The notes: generated by a model from the sequence alone, not told the origin. Counted from the first letter of the stretch, positions 1 through 9,182 are shown. The stretch: DNA of 64,000 nt from Candidatus Liptonbacteria bacterium (GCA_023244895.1 JAHFLL010000001.1:268009-332008), one strand, 5' to 3'. A program made the numbers and translations.

Positions 1-561
1 AGGTTTCATATTTTTAACAAGCAGTTTTCGGAAGATGAATATTGGGTTCGGGTGAATGCAATAAAAAATAAAATGTCAGAACGGGAAGAGTACGGCGAGT
101 TTTTTTCGCTCAAGTTAGGTCTAATGCCATATCAGTCCAGTTTCGGACAGATGTATTTTCCCCTAGATGTAGAGTCGGTGGGGGAAATGGGTATTCCTTG
201 GTACGCGGAACCAGCCTTAAAGTTGTCTACCGAGGAGGTTCTTAAAAATGATGATTTGCCGACAAAGATAGTGGACACAGGAGACGATGTTTTACAAAAG
301 ACTATAACATGCGAAGAGAGCGGAGCGCCTTATCGGCTTACTAAGATAGAGCTGGATTTCTACCGGCGCATGAATCTGCCGGTGCCTCGGAAGCATCCCT
401 GGCGCAGAATACAGGACAGAATCAAAAGAGAGCACGGCATGATTTTATATCCATTTTTATGCCCCAAATGCACAGAGGAATCATGGTCGGTTTATAACGA
501 GGAGGACCAGAAGAGGTATAAGATATATTGCGAAAAGTGCTATTTGAAAGAGGTGGTATAG
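1..561 (+). CDS. Cys-rich zinc-ribbon protein, 5'-truncated at window edge; paralog of the C-terminal half of the next gene
   Basis: Reading frame is open from base 1. C-terminal CxxC...CxxC motifs and a ...CYLK ending mirror the C-terminus of the 593..2299 protein. Confidence 0.55.
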   Translation, partial: RFHIFNKQFSEDEYWVRVNAIKNKMSEREEYGEFFSLKLGLMPYQSSFGQMYFPLDVESVGEMGIPWYAEPALKLSTEEVLKNDDLPTKIVDTGDDVLQKTITCEESGAPYRLTKIELDFYRRMNLPVPRKHPWRRIQDRIKREHGMILYPFLCPKCTEESWSVYNEEDQKRYKIYCEKCYLKEVV

Positions 562-592
562 AGCAGTAGTTAGCAGGAAGGAAATCAATAAA

Positions 593-2299
593 ATGGGACC
601 AGAAACAAGAAATTGTCAGAACTGCCAGAGAGGCTTCGCTATCGATCCCGAGAATTTTTCCTTTTACGAAAGAATAAAAGTTCCTCCTCCAACCTTTTGC
701 CCTCCATGTAGATTCCAAAGAAGATTGTTGTTTTGGAATGCCATTAATCTCTATAAGCGACCCTGCGATTTATGTCACAGCTTCAATGTTTCCGTATATG
801 CTCCGGAGGCGCCCTATACGGTTTATTGTCCTAAATGCTGGTGGAGTGATGATTGGGACGCAAGAGATTATGGACAAGATTATGATTTCTCCCGGCCTTT
901 TTTCGAGCAACTGAACGAATTTTGGCATAAGGTTCCGCTCATCGGTTTGTCCACTGATTTAACCGCCATTGAAACGTGTCCCTACAATCACGACAGTGGA
1001 CACGTCAAGAATTGCTATTTAATTTTTCACGGAGAAACAGTAGAAGATTCCGCGTACGGATACTTTGTGGGCTACAGCCAATCTATGTTGGATTGTTCTG
1101 CGGTGGAACAAAGTCAATCTTGCTATGACAGCATGCATTGCTATCGCGCCAATCATTGCGTAGGCATACGCGATCAGATTTCCGAGTCGGTAAACTGTTT
1201 ATTTTGCCGGGACTCGCAAAACTGCCAAGACTGTTTCGCCTCCGCTAATCTTAGGAATAAGAAGTACTATGCCTGGAATAAGCCTCTAAGCAAAGAGGAA
1301 TATCAAAAAGAAATTTCTAAATATGATTTAGGGTCTTATAAGGTCTATCGTGAACTTCAGACCAGGGCGCAAGATTTCTGGAAAACGCAGGTACCCAAAT
1401 CGGAATACAACGAATTTGCAGTTAATTGCACAGGGTCAAATATTTTTAGGTCGAAAAATGTTAAAGATGCTATCGAGACCTATGACACCGAGGACTCTAG
1501 ATACATATTTCGCGTCTGGGGACCGGGGAATAAAAATTGCCATGACATTTCCATGTGGGGAGTTAATCTGTCTAATTCTTACGAGAACATAGTGGTTGGA
1601 GATCACTCAACCGGCATGCTGTTCTGCAATGAAGCTGGTCTTGGTTCTTCGGATGTGCGCTACTCTAAGACTTCCATCTCTGGCAGTCATAACTTCGCCT
1701 GCGTATCTCTTAGGAAGGGGAATAACATGATATTTAATAAACAATATTCTCCAGAAGAATACTTGAAAATGGTTGAGAAGATAAAGAAGCACATGGACGA
1801 GATGCCGTATATAGATAAGGCCGGACGAATATATCGCTACGGAGAGTTTTTCCCTCCAGAAATGTCGCCTTTCGCCTACAACGAAACCCTAGCTTCTAAC
1901 CTATTTCCCATGGACAAAGAAGGAATCGAGCGAGCCGGCTATCGTTTTAGAGAGGTAAAACAGGAGGATGCCATCGCCACTATGAGCTACGAAGAATTGC
2001 CTGACCACATTAAGGACGCGCCAGATTCTGTTTTGAATGAACGGATATCTTGCGAGCAGTGCAGCCGAACTTTCCGTTTAATAGAAATGGAGTTGTCTTT
2101 TTTGCGCAGACAGAATCTACCATTGCCGCGAAGGTGTCCATTCTGTCGTATAGACGAGAAGCTCAATATCTGGGTCAAAGACAATAGGAGAATTTTAAGA
2201 ATTTGTGCTGATTGTGGTAAAAATATGGAGTCAAAATATTCCGAACAGGATGCCGAGGATGTATTCTGCCGCGCCTGCTATCTCAAAAAAATAGATTAG
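593..2299 (+). CDS. Cys-rich hypothetical protein with N- and C-terminal zinc-ribbon motifs
   Basis: 568 aa ORF with many CxxC pairs and a Cys-rich middle (SCYDSMHCYRANHCVG...). Tandem paralog of the upstream partial gene. Confidence 0.5.
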   Translation: MGPETRNCQNCQRGFAIDPENFSFYERIKVPPPTFCPPCRFQRRLLFWNAINLYKRPCDLCHSFNVSVYAPEAPYTVYCPKCWWSDDWDARDYGQDYDFSRPFFEQLNEFWHKVPLIGLSTDLTAIETCPYNHDSGHVKNCYLIFHGETVEDSAYGYFVGYSQSMLDCSAVEQSQSCYDSMHCYRANHCVGIRDQISESVNCLFCRDSQNCQDCFASANLRNKKYYAWNKPLSKEEYQKEISKYDLGSYKVYRELQTRAQDFWKTQVPKSEYNEFAVNCTGSNIFRSKNVKDAIETYDTEDSRYIFRVWGPGNKNCHDISMWGVNLSNSYENIVVGDHSTGMLFCNEAGLGSSDVRYSKTSISGSHNFACVSLRKGNNMIFNKQYSPEEYLKMVEKIKKHMDEMPYIDKAGRIYRYGEFFPPEMSPFAYNETLASNLFPMDKEGIERAGYRFREVKQEDAIATMSYEELPDHIKDAPDSVLNERISCEQCSRTFRLIEMELSFLRRQNLPLPRRCPFCRIDEKLNIWVKDNRRILRICADCGKNMESKYSEQDAEDVFCRACYLKKID

Positions 2300-2341
2300 C
2301 GGAGGCTACAAATTTAGCCGGATTTGTAGCATAATAGGGCC

Positions 2342-3181
2342 ATGTCACAGAATTCCAAGAAAATCGCGGTGGTTTATCACGGCGACTGCCCGGACGGATT
2401 CTCGGGTGCCTGGGTTGCGCGTAAAAAACTAGGCAATAAGGCGGAATATATTCCTGCTTCCGATAGGCATACTCCTCCGGAGGGGCTGGAGGGAAGAGAG
2501 GTGTATTTAATAGATTTTACTTATGCCGTACCGGTAATGGAGAAGCTAAAATCACAAGTTAAAAGATTGGTGGCGATAGACCACCATATTTCCCAACAAG
2601 AGTCCGTCAAAGTGGCGCACGAATATTCCTTCGCGCTCAATCATTCTGGGGCGGTTTTGGCCTGGAAGTATTTCAATTCCAATAAAAAAATGCCGAAGCT
2701 GCTTAACTATGTAGAAGATTATGATATCTGGAATTTCCGACACCCCGCCTCAATGCCCGTGCACGCTTTGATTGAATCAACCCACTTTACCTTTAAAAAT
2801 TGGGATAAACTATCCGCGGACTTGGACAAGCCCGCTACGGCTAAAAGAAGGATTTCGGAAGGCAAGATAGTTCTGGGTCTGTTTGATAAAATTTTGGAAC
2901 GGCTTTTGGGCTACGCGGAAAAAGTTGTTTTTGAGGGATTTGAGATAATGGCGGTAAATTCTCCGGTTTTAAACGACCAATTGGGAAATGTTTTATGCAA
3001 GAAACATCCGCCCTTGGCGATTGTCTGGCGGAGGGAGCGCAATCATATTCATGTTTCCTTGCGTTCGGACGGAAGCGTAGACGTGTCAAAGCTAGCCGCT
3101 AAATTTGGGGGAGCGGGTCATCGGGCCGCCTCCGGTTTTAGCTTGGGAAAAGACCAACCCCTGCCCTGGCGTCCGGTTTAA
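2342..3181 (+). CDS. DHH-family phosphoesterase (NrnA-like oligoribonuclease/pAp phosphatase)
   Basis: Motifs HGDCPDGFSG and AIDHH, plus a C-terminal GGAGHRAASGF (GGGH of DHHA1). Confidence 0.7.
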   Translation: MSQNSKKIAVVYHGDCPDGFSGAWVARKKLGNKAEYIPASDRHTPPEGLEGREVYLIDFTYAVPVMEKLKSQVKRLVAIDHHISQQESVKVAHEYSFALNHSGAVLAWKYFNSNKKMPKLLNYVEDYDIWNFRHPASMPVHALIESTHFTFKNWDKLSADLDKPATAKRRISEGKIVLGLFDKILERLLGYAEKVVFEGFEIMAVNSPVLNDQLGNVLCKKHPPLAIVWRRERNHIHVSLRSDGSVDVSKLAAKFGGAGHRAASGFSLGKDQPLPWRPV

Positions 3182-3205
3182 AAGTGAGCTATCGTTAGCT
3201 TATAT

Positions 3206-3649
3206 ATGACCAAAGAAGAGCTTTTCCCCAGTAAAATACTGGTCCACACGGATGGTGGTTCGCGAGGTAACCCTGGGCCGGCTGCGATTGGGGTGGTTAT
3301 CGGTGGCAAGGAATACGGCGAATATCTGGGAGTAAAGACTAATAATCAGGCGGAATATCAAGCCGTTGTTTTCGCCTTCAAAAAAATGAAGCAGATTTTG
3401 GGCAAAAAGAAGACCAAGGAAACAGAGGTCCTTTTTAGATTGGACAGTGAATTGGTGGTAAAGCAGATTAACGGGCAATATAAAATATTGGAACCCGATC
3501 TGCAGCCGCTGTTTTTAGAAATTTGGAACGCCCGTTTGGACTTTAAAAAAGTTGAATTCGTGCACGTGCCTCGCGAAGAGAATAAAATAGCGGACAAAAT
3601 TGTTAACCATATTCTAGACCAGGAGAAAAGAACCTCTTATCAGAATTAG
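3206..3649 (+). CDS. rnhA: Ribonuclease HI
   Basis: Motifs TDGGSRGNPGPAA, NNQAEYQA and REENKIAD. Confidence 0.8.
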   Translation: MTKEELFPSKILVHTDGGSRGNPGPAAIGVVIGGKEYGEYLGVKTNNQAEYQAVVFAFKKMKQILGKKKTKETEVLFRLDSELVVKQINGQYKILEPDLQPLFLEIWNARLDFKKVEFVHVPREENKIADKIVNHILDQEKRTSYQN

Positions 3650-3694
3650 GCTGGTGGGAGCGTGTTCTAAAGCGACGTCTTTGCGACAGACTTC

Positions 3695-3726
3695 ATGAAA
3701 CGAAAAGACCCCGCGTGAGCGGGGCT
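3695..3726 (-). terminator. Rho-independent terminator after rnpB
   Basis: Hairpin GACCCCGC-GUGA-GCGGGGUC followed by UCUUUUCGUUU on the minus strand. Confidence 0.55.
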
Positions 3727-4083
3727 TTCGGTAATTCGTAAGCCGGATTCTGTGCCTCCGAAAAATCGGAGCGGTAATCATTTCTCTGGACCCTCGATTA
3801 CTCTCGGGTTCTTGCGGCACAAACCATTGCTTACGCAATGGAGTACGACCTTGCACCCAGTAAGGATTTAGCCGTTTCACTCCTGCTTTTTTGTCCCTAT
3901 GGCAGGATTAAGCCAACTAGCTTGGGATCGGGCTCTCTTGGCTCTTTCGGACCAAGACGTCACTGCTCGCACCTCTCGCATTACTGCGGTCCGCCGTTAG
4001 CGGATACGCTTGTCTCGCGAAGCGAGACTGGTGTCCGGACTTTCCTCTCCTTGAAAAATCAAAGAGCGATTACCTGAATTACG
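3726..4083 (-). ncRNA. rnpB: RNase P RNA (bacterial type A-like)
   Basis: Minus strand carries CR-I GGAAAGUCCGGAC (complement of 4033-4045) and CR-IV ACAGAAUCCGGCUUAC (complement of ~3737-3755). P1 pairs GUAAUUC with GAAUUAC. Ends are approximate. Confidence 0.75.
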
Positions 4084-4089
4084 TTCCTA

Positions 4090-4118
4090 ATTATATCAAA
4101 ACGTAAGGTTTTGGTCAA
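4090..4118 (-). promoter_or_regulatory. sigma70-like promoter for rnpB (TTGACC-17-TATAAT)
   Basis: Minus-strand TTGACC (complement of 4113-4118), 17 nt spacer, then TATAAT (complement of 4090-4095). The -35 overlaps the terminator hairpin of the upstream mgtC-like gene. Confidence 0.6.
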
Positions 4119-4153
4119 TTCGACCAAACCCTTCTTTCTGAGTTGGTGGCTCG

Positions 4154-4591
4154 TCAGTTATTTTTCCGAACCTCCCTTATTTCCGTCTTGCGCAATATAT
4201 AAAGCAATACCGCGAAAAGTATTCCCGAGAAAGCCGCAAATTCTATCAGACCCACGCCGGCTAGTACGCCCACTGCGGAGGTGGTCCAGATGACGGCGGC
4301 AGTAGTCAATCCATGCGCGCGTTTATCGTCCTTAATAATCGTACCAGCTCCTAAAAATCCAATACCCACGACAATATTCGCGATAACTGCTAGAGCAGAT
4401 CCGGAAGCGGAAGAGGCTCCAATAATGCCGGGCAGGCTCAAGCCGACCATTGCGAAAATAACCGACCCGCCCGCCACCATCATGCCGGTGCGCACGCCCG
4501 CTTCTTTTCCAACTAGTTCACGCTCCAGGCCCATAAGGGCTCCGAGTGCGAGCGCCACCAGTAGGCGAATGACCATTTGAGAAAATTCCAT
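4154..4591 (-). CDS. MgtC/SapB family membrane protein
   Basis: LALGALMGLERE motif and multiple TM segments. Start chosen at the internal Met (MEFSQMV) rather than the longest ORF. Confidence 0.65.
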   Translation of the reverse strand: MEFSQMVIRLLVALALGALMGLERELVGKEAGVRTGMMVAGGSVIFAMVGLSLPGIIGASSASGSALAVIANIVVGIGFLGAGTIIKDDKRAHGLTTAAVIWTTSAVGVLAGVGLIEFAAFSGILFAVLLYILRKTEIREVRKNN

Positions 4592-4662
4592 TGTTGCTTT
4601 ATTATAGCATACGTGATTTAAACGATCTCGGGCGGTAGGCAAGACTTTAAAAAATATAAAAA

Positions 4663-6066
4663 ATGAGAATAAATATAGGAGACATCTCGGGCAAGGTGGG
4701 TGAGCAGGTTGAGCTGAAGGGCTGGGTGCATGCCCGGCGCGACCACGGCAAGTTGGTTTTTATAGACCTAAGAGATAGAAGCGGATTGGCGCAGATAGTG
4801 CTTACGCCACAGATAGAAGGCGCCTCCGACCTACGCTTGGAATATGTGGTGGGAATAACGGGCAAGGTAAAAGAGCGCCCTGCCAGCATGGTAAACAAAG
4901 ACCAGCTAAACGGAGCTTATGAGGTAGAAGCCAGCACGCTTCAAATACTCAACAAATCCGAGCCAGTTCCTTTTCCGATAGATACGGATGGTTATGAGCA
5001 AAGTGATGACCTGAGAATGAAGTACCGGTATTTGGATTTGAGGCGTGAGCGCATGCAACGCAATCTGAAGGCCAAGCATGAGGCGTCTCAATTTATTCGC
5101 AACTATCTGACCGAAAAAGGATTTTGGGAGGTAGAAACTCCAATTTTAACCAAATCCACTCCGGAGGGAGCGAGGGACTTTCTGGTGCCGTCTCGCCTTC
5201 AAAAAGGTAAGTTTTACGCTCTGCCTCAATCGCCTCAGCAATATAAACAGATGCTCATGATCGCGGGAGTGGAAAGATATTTTCAGATAGCGCGCTGTTT
5301 TAGAGATGAGGACCCGCGCACCGATCGTGCCTATGGGGAATTTACCCAGTTGGATTTGGAAATGTCTTTCGCGACCCAGGAAGACATTATGCAATTAGCG
5401 GAAGATTTATTTACCAAACTAACCCACGCGATCTTCCCTGAGAAGAAGATATCCCAAACACCCTGGCCAAGACTTTCCCATAAGGATGCGATGGAAAAAT
5501 ATGGAACGGATAAGCCGGACTTAAGAAAGGATAAAAACGACCCGAACGAACTGGCTTTTGCCTGGACCGTGGATTTTCCGCTCTTTACCGAGCAGACCGC
5601 AGACGACTTTTTCCATGGCTCCGGTTCTGCCAAGTTCGCGCCTTCGCACCATATGTTTACGGCGCCCCATCCGGATGATGTCGCGCTTTTAGACACAGAC
5701 CCCATGAAAGTTAGAGGGCTCCAGCACGACATGGTTTTGAATGGTTACGAGGTTGGTGGGGGAAGTGTGCGTATCCATCAGCGCGAGGTACAGGAAAAAA
5801 TATTTGACCTGATTGGGTTCAGCGCGGAGCAGAAAAAACAGTTTGATTATTTCTTGAGTGCTTTTACCTATGGCGTGCCCCCGCACGGAGGCATAGCTCC
5901 GGGATTGGATAGGTTCTTATTCGCCATCTTGGGCGAAAAGAGCATTCGTGAAATAATTGCTTTTCCGGCCACCTCCGGTGGTCAGACGGCGGTTATGACT
6001 GCGCCCTCGGAAGTCGACCCGAAGCAGTTAAAAGAGCTAGGCATAGAAATAAGTAAAAAAGAGTAA
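4663..6066 (+). CDS. aspS: Aspartate--tRNA ligase, class II, short form lacking the GAD insertion
   Basis: Motifs FRDEDPRTDR, GGGSVRIHQRE and GVPPHGGIAPGLDRF. N-terminal OB fold. Confidence 0.8.
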   Translation: MRINIGDISGKVGEQVELKGWVHARRDHGKLVFIDLRDRSGLAQIVLTPQIEGASDLRLEYVVGITGKVKERPASMVNKDQLNGAYEVEASTLQILNKSEPVPFPIDTDGYEQSDDLRMKYRYLDLRRERMQRNLKAKHEASQFIRNYLTEKGFWEVETPILTKSTPEGARDFLVPSRLQKGKFYALPQSPQQYKQMLMIAGVERYFQIARCFRDEDPRTDRAYGEFTQLDLEMSFATQEDIMQLAEDLFTKLTHAIFPEKKISQTPWPRLSHKDAMEKYGTDKPDLRKDKNDPNELAFAWTVDFPLFTEQTADDFFHGSGSAKFAPSHHMFTAPHPDDVALLDTDPMKVRGLQHDMVLNGYEVGGGSVRIHQREVQEKIFDLIGFSAEQKKQFDYFLSAFTYGVPPHGGIAPGLDRFLFAILGEKSIREIIAFPATSGGQTAVMTAPSEVDPKQLKELGIEISKKE

Positions 6067-6140
6067 ATTCCCGATGCCCCCGAAGGGATCGGAATCCCGA
6101 CCGAAGCGTCGGTAGATTAATCAATAATAAATAAACTAAT

Positions 6141-7217
6141 ATGAAGGGCGTGAATTTTCCGATATTCAATATTAAATCCGGAGAAGGCTCCAGGAAGTTT
6201 AATCTGAGTAGTCCCGCAGAGCGCAAAGAATACTTCGCGCAAAAAGCCGGACCAGAGATAGAAAAGATTAGGAAGTATTTGGCCGAGGGTAAGACCTTCG
6301 TGGGATTCCTGCTGGGCAAGAAGAACTCCGGCAAGGGGACTTATTCTAAATTGATAATGGAGGCGGTAGGAGGGGACAAGATTGGTCATGTCTCTATCGG
6401 CGACATTGTACGCGACGTGCATGGCAGTTTGTCTGATCCCGCCAAAAAGAAAGAACTAGGAGAATTCCTTTCCAAGAATTATCGCGGCTTTCACACCCTT
6501 GAAGAGATAGACGATTTAATTGAGGGTCGCAGTCAGTCCACGCTCGTATCCACAGAGCTGATTATCGCCCTTTTAAAATATGAAATTAGCAAGCGTCCCA
6601 GGCAGGCCATATTTATTGATGGTTTTCCGCGCGGTTTGGATCAGATTGCGTACTCAATGTTTTTGAAAGATGTTCTGGGCTACAGAAACGATCCCGACTT
6701 TTTAGTCTTTATAGATCTTCCGACGACAATAATAGAGGCACGCATCAAGACTCGCGTTATCTGCCCTATCTGCAAGGTTCCGCGCAGCACCAAGCTTATG
6801 GCTACAAGTGAGGCCGGATATGACGCGGAAAAGAAGGAATTCTATTTGATGTGTGATAATCCGGAGTGCAATAAGGCGCGCATGGTGCCTAAAGAAGGGG
6901 ACTCTCTCGGCATAGAGCCTATTCGAGACCGCTTGGAGCTGGATGAGAAAATAATCAAGCAGCTATTGGATGTGAGCGGTTGGTCTAAGATTTATTTGCG
7001 CAACGCTCTGCCGGCGGATAAAGCTTCAGAAGTTGTGGACGATTACGAAATAACTCCAATGTACGACTATGAGCTAGACGAGGCGTCCGGCAAGGTTAAG
7101 ATAAAAGAATCGGTTTGGACCGTCGCGGACGACGAGGGAGTGACCTCTTGCAGTCTTTTACCCCCGCCGGTGGTGGTTACTTTTCTAAAGCAGATTGTGC
7201 AAGCCCTAGGACTCTAA
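6141..7217 (+). CDS. Adenylate-kinase-like NMP kinase with N-terminal extension and Cys4 LID
   Basis: P-loop GKKNSGKGTYSKL. LID-like segment RVICPICK...CDNPEC...RDRLELDE. Confidence 0.45.
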   Translation: MKGVNFPIFNIKSGEGSRKFNLSSPAERKEYFAQKAGPEIEKIRKYLAEGKTFVGFLLGKKNSGKGTYSKLIMEAVGGDKIGHVSIGDIVRDVHGSLSDPAKKKELGEFLSKNYRGFHTLEEIDDLIEGRSQSTLVSTELIIALLKYEISKRPRQAIFIDGFPRGLDQIAYSMFLKDVLGYRNDPDFLVFIDLPTTIIEARIKTRVICPICKVPRSTKLMATSEAGYDAEKKEFYLMCDNPECNKARMVPKEGDSLGIEPIRDRLELDEKIIKQLLDVSGWSKIYLRNALPADKASEVVDDYEITPMYDYELDEASGKVKIKESVWTVADDEGVTSCSLLPPPVVVTFLKQIVQALGL

Positions 7218-7230
7218 CTTTCCGCTCGGC

Positions 7231-7941
7231 CTAGTATCTTTTGACGGTGTATTTGCGCTCCACAAACTGGAAAGCGCCGGATTTTATTATTTTAATGGTT
7301 TCATCCACCCCGTCGAAAACATCCGGCAACCTGAATATTTCCTCTTCTCTAGTCCAGGCATTTTTACCGCCTTCGATATTATCTCTTAGCGTGCCGGTGG
7401 GATTTTCTGTCTTTACTATGAAAAAATATTTATCTTCCAGTAATTCGCCTGATTCTGAATAGTCCATTTTGTGCTTTACGCCAGAGATGGATAATTCAGC
7501 GGAAAGCCCCGCCTCTTCCTGAAGCTCGCGCGCGGCAGTCTCTAAAATCGTCTCGCCCCAGCGCACCTTCCCCGTGATAAACCCATGATAACCAAAATAT
7601 GGCTGTTTGAGTCTCTGTTGTATCAAAAAAAGTTCTTCGCCATTCCCGCTGTTTTTTATACAAGAGACTGATACTCCCAGCTTGGCCTGTCGCTCAAAGA
7701 CCATTTGGGCGGAGTCGGTATCGAAGCGATTGGCGAATTCTTTGCCGGGCGCGGTGAGTTCGTAGCCCGCGTCGGTTTTACGGATAAGATTTAATTCCGC
7801 GAGCCGGCGTAGGTGAAAGCTAAATTGATCGCTAGAAACCCCTTCCACATTCAACTCCGAAAACTTGCGTTCCGGGTGAAATATTAACTCTTTCAATATC
7901 TTGGCCTGGATGGGGTGAATATCTGCTTGGTTTATAGACAT
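7231..7941 (-). CDS. Winged-helix HTH plus NUDIX hydrolase domain protein
   Basis: N-terminal HTH (LRRLAELNLIRK). Nudix box GKVRWGETILETAARELQEEAGL. Confidence 0.65.
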   Translation of the reverse strand: MSINQADIHPIQAKILKELIFHPERKFSELNVEGVSSDQFSFHLRRLAELNLIRKTDAGYELTAPGKEFANRFDTDSAQMVFERQAKLGVSVSCIKNSGNGEELFLIQQRLKQPYFGYHGFITGKVRWGETILETAARELQEEAGLSAELSISGVKHKMDYSESGELLEDKYFFIVKTENPTGTLRDNIEGGKNAWTREEEIFRLPDVFDGVDETIKIIKSGAFQFVERKYTVKRY

Positions 7942-7964
7942 ATTCCCATTTTAGACACGTCCGA

Positions 7965-8500
7965 CAACTTGTCTAGTGAAGTCGGGTTCACTAGATATTA
8001 AACGAGAACAGACCGACACGCATCGGGCATGTGGGTCTGTTTCTTCTTGCTACTGCTCTTGCGTCAGAGTCCCAGGAGTCGTCGCACGACTCCGCGAGGA
8101 TCCCCGTCGCCTTTCTGAAAAAACTCGGTTGCCCGGACGGGGAGCTTGTCGTACTCCGCGTAAGACATCGAGCTTGTCATCAGCGTCGGTGTGTCGGGGC
8201 TCTCCGCTTGAACTACGGCGACCACCGTATCTCCGTAGGGTCCGGGCGGCATCCGGTAGTCCACGATTGCGAGCTTGAATGGCTGGCCCGCCGCTACTGC
8301 CTCACGGATCTTGGAGATGGCCTCCGTCGCCCCGCCGGCCGTGACGATCTCGATCTCCGCACCGATGGTCTCGAGAAGTGCCCTCATCCCCACGAGAGCG
8401 ATTGGCGTATCATCTACCACGAGAATGCGTCTTATCATGGTTCCTGCCCCCCCTCTCTCTTCTGGAGGCCATTATATTATCCATGTCTTTTAAGTCAATT
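7965..8500. other. GC-rich island A (about 65% GC), carries the orphan receiver gene
   Basis: Sharp compositional shift relative to flanks. Own SD and terminator (CAGACC...GGTCTG plus U-run). Confidence 0.5.
8064..8438 (-). CDS. Single-domain response regulator (CheY-like receiver), inside GC-rich island A
   Basis: Motifs LVVDD and AIVDYRMP. About 65% GC. SD-like GAGGGGGGG sits upstream of the ATG. Confidence 0.6.
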   Translation of the reverse strand: MIRRILVVDDTPIALVGMRALLETIGAEIEIVTAGGATEAISKIREAVAAGQPFKLAIVDYRMPPGPYGDTVVAVVQAESPDTPTLMTSSMSYAEYDKLPVRATEFFQKGDGDPRGVVRRLLGL

Positions 8501-8512
8501 ATAAAAAAGGAC

Positions 8513-8548
8513 TTGACATTATATTTACTACGCTATACTATAGTATAG
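8513..8548 (+). promoter_or_regulatory. Promoter plus operator module 1: TTGACA-17-TACTAT overlapping the 16 bp perfect palindrome CTATACTATAGTATAG
   Basis: TTGACA at 8513-8518, -10 at 8536-8541, palindrome at 8533-8548. The ATG at 8550 implies a leaderless mRNA. Confidence 0.6.
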
Positions 8549-8549
8549 T

Positions 8550-8900
8550 ATGCAAAATAAAAAAATGAACAAGAAAGAAAAGTGGCAGAACGAGGATAGT
8601 GAGGAGTTATTTAAAGCCGTGCTTGGTCTTAAAAATACGTCCGAAGCTAGGGCTTTTTTTAGAGATCTTTTAACCGAGAAGGAGATTTTGGAGTTCGGTC
8701 AGCGCTGGAAGGTGGCCAGGATGTTGTCCGAGAGTGTTCCTTATTCAGAAATAGGGCATAGAACCTGGATGAGTCCCAGAACCATAGCGCGTATTCAAAA
8801 ATGGCTTAAAAGCGGGAGGGGCGGTTACCGCTTAGCAATTCATCGGTTGGAGCAGAAAGCGGGTAAAAGGCCCGTTGCTGGCAAGAAAAGAAACAGATAG
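8550..8900 (+). CDS. YerC/YecD family TrpR-like DNA-binding protein
   Basis: Motifs FFRDLLTEKEILEFGQRWKVARML, PRTIARIQKWL and SGRGGYRL match the YerC/TrpR-like pattern. Confidence 0.75.
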   Translation: MQNKKMNKKEKWQNEDSEELFKAVLGLKNTSEARAFFRDLLTEKEILEFGQRWKVARMLSESVPYSEIGHRTWMSPRTIARIQKWLKSGRGGYRLAIHRLEQKAGKRPVAGKKRNR

Positions 8901-8963
8901 GCAAGGGGGTTGGGTAGAGGAATAAGTAAGCACCCCCCTTGCTTCCATTGAATATTTAAACCC

Positions 8964-8998
8964 TTGACTTTTTTATCCACCGCTATACTATAGTATAG
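8964..8998 (+). promoter_or_regulatory. Promoter plus operator module 2: TTGACT-16-TACTAT overlapping a second copy of the same 16 bp palindrome
   Basis: TTGACT at 8964-8969 and palindrome at 8983-8998. The shared 19-mer CGCTATACTATAGTATAGT matches module 1. Confidence 0.55.
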
Positions 8999-9004
8999 TG
9001 CACT

Positions 9005-9100
9005 ATCGGGGGTGACTACTGGGAGAGAGTAGAGAAGAGTAGAGGATAAGAGAGAAGAAGAGGAAGATAAGAAAGAAGAGAGAGGGTGGCGTGGGGTGGA
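9005..9100 (+). repeat. Polypurine (GA-rich) tract of about 95 nt
   Basis: Plus strand is almost entirely G/A (gagagagtagagaagagtagaggataagagagaagaagagg...). The two minus-strand ORFs across it are low-complexity artefacts. Confidence 0.7.
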
Positions 9101-9182
9101 ACACATTAGGTAGATGAGTGGGGTGAAATTGTAATGGGAGTACGAGCCGAGGGGCACTAGATTGGTTAAACAAGAGAACAAT

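Noticed and set aside
3838-4077. Plus-strand ORF 3838..4077 and neighbours
   Set aside because: They lie inside RNase P RNA on the opposite strand.
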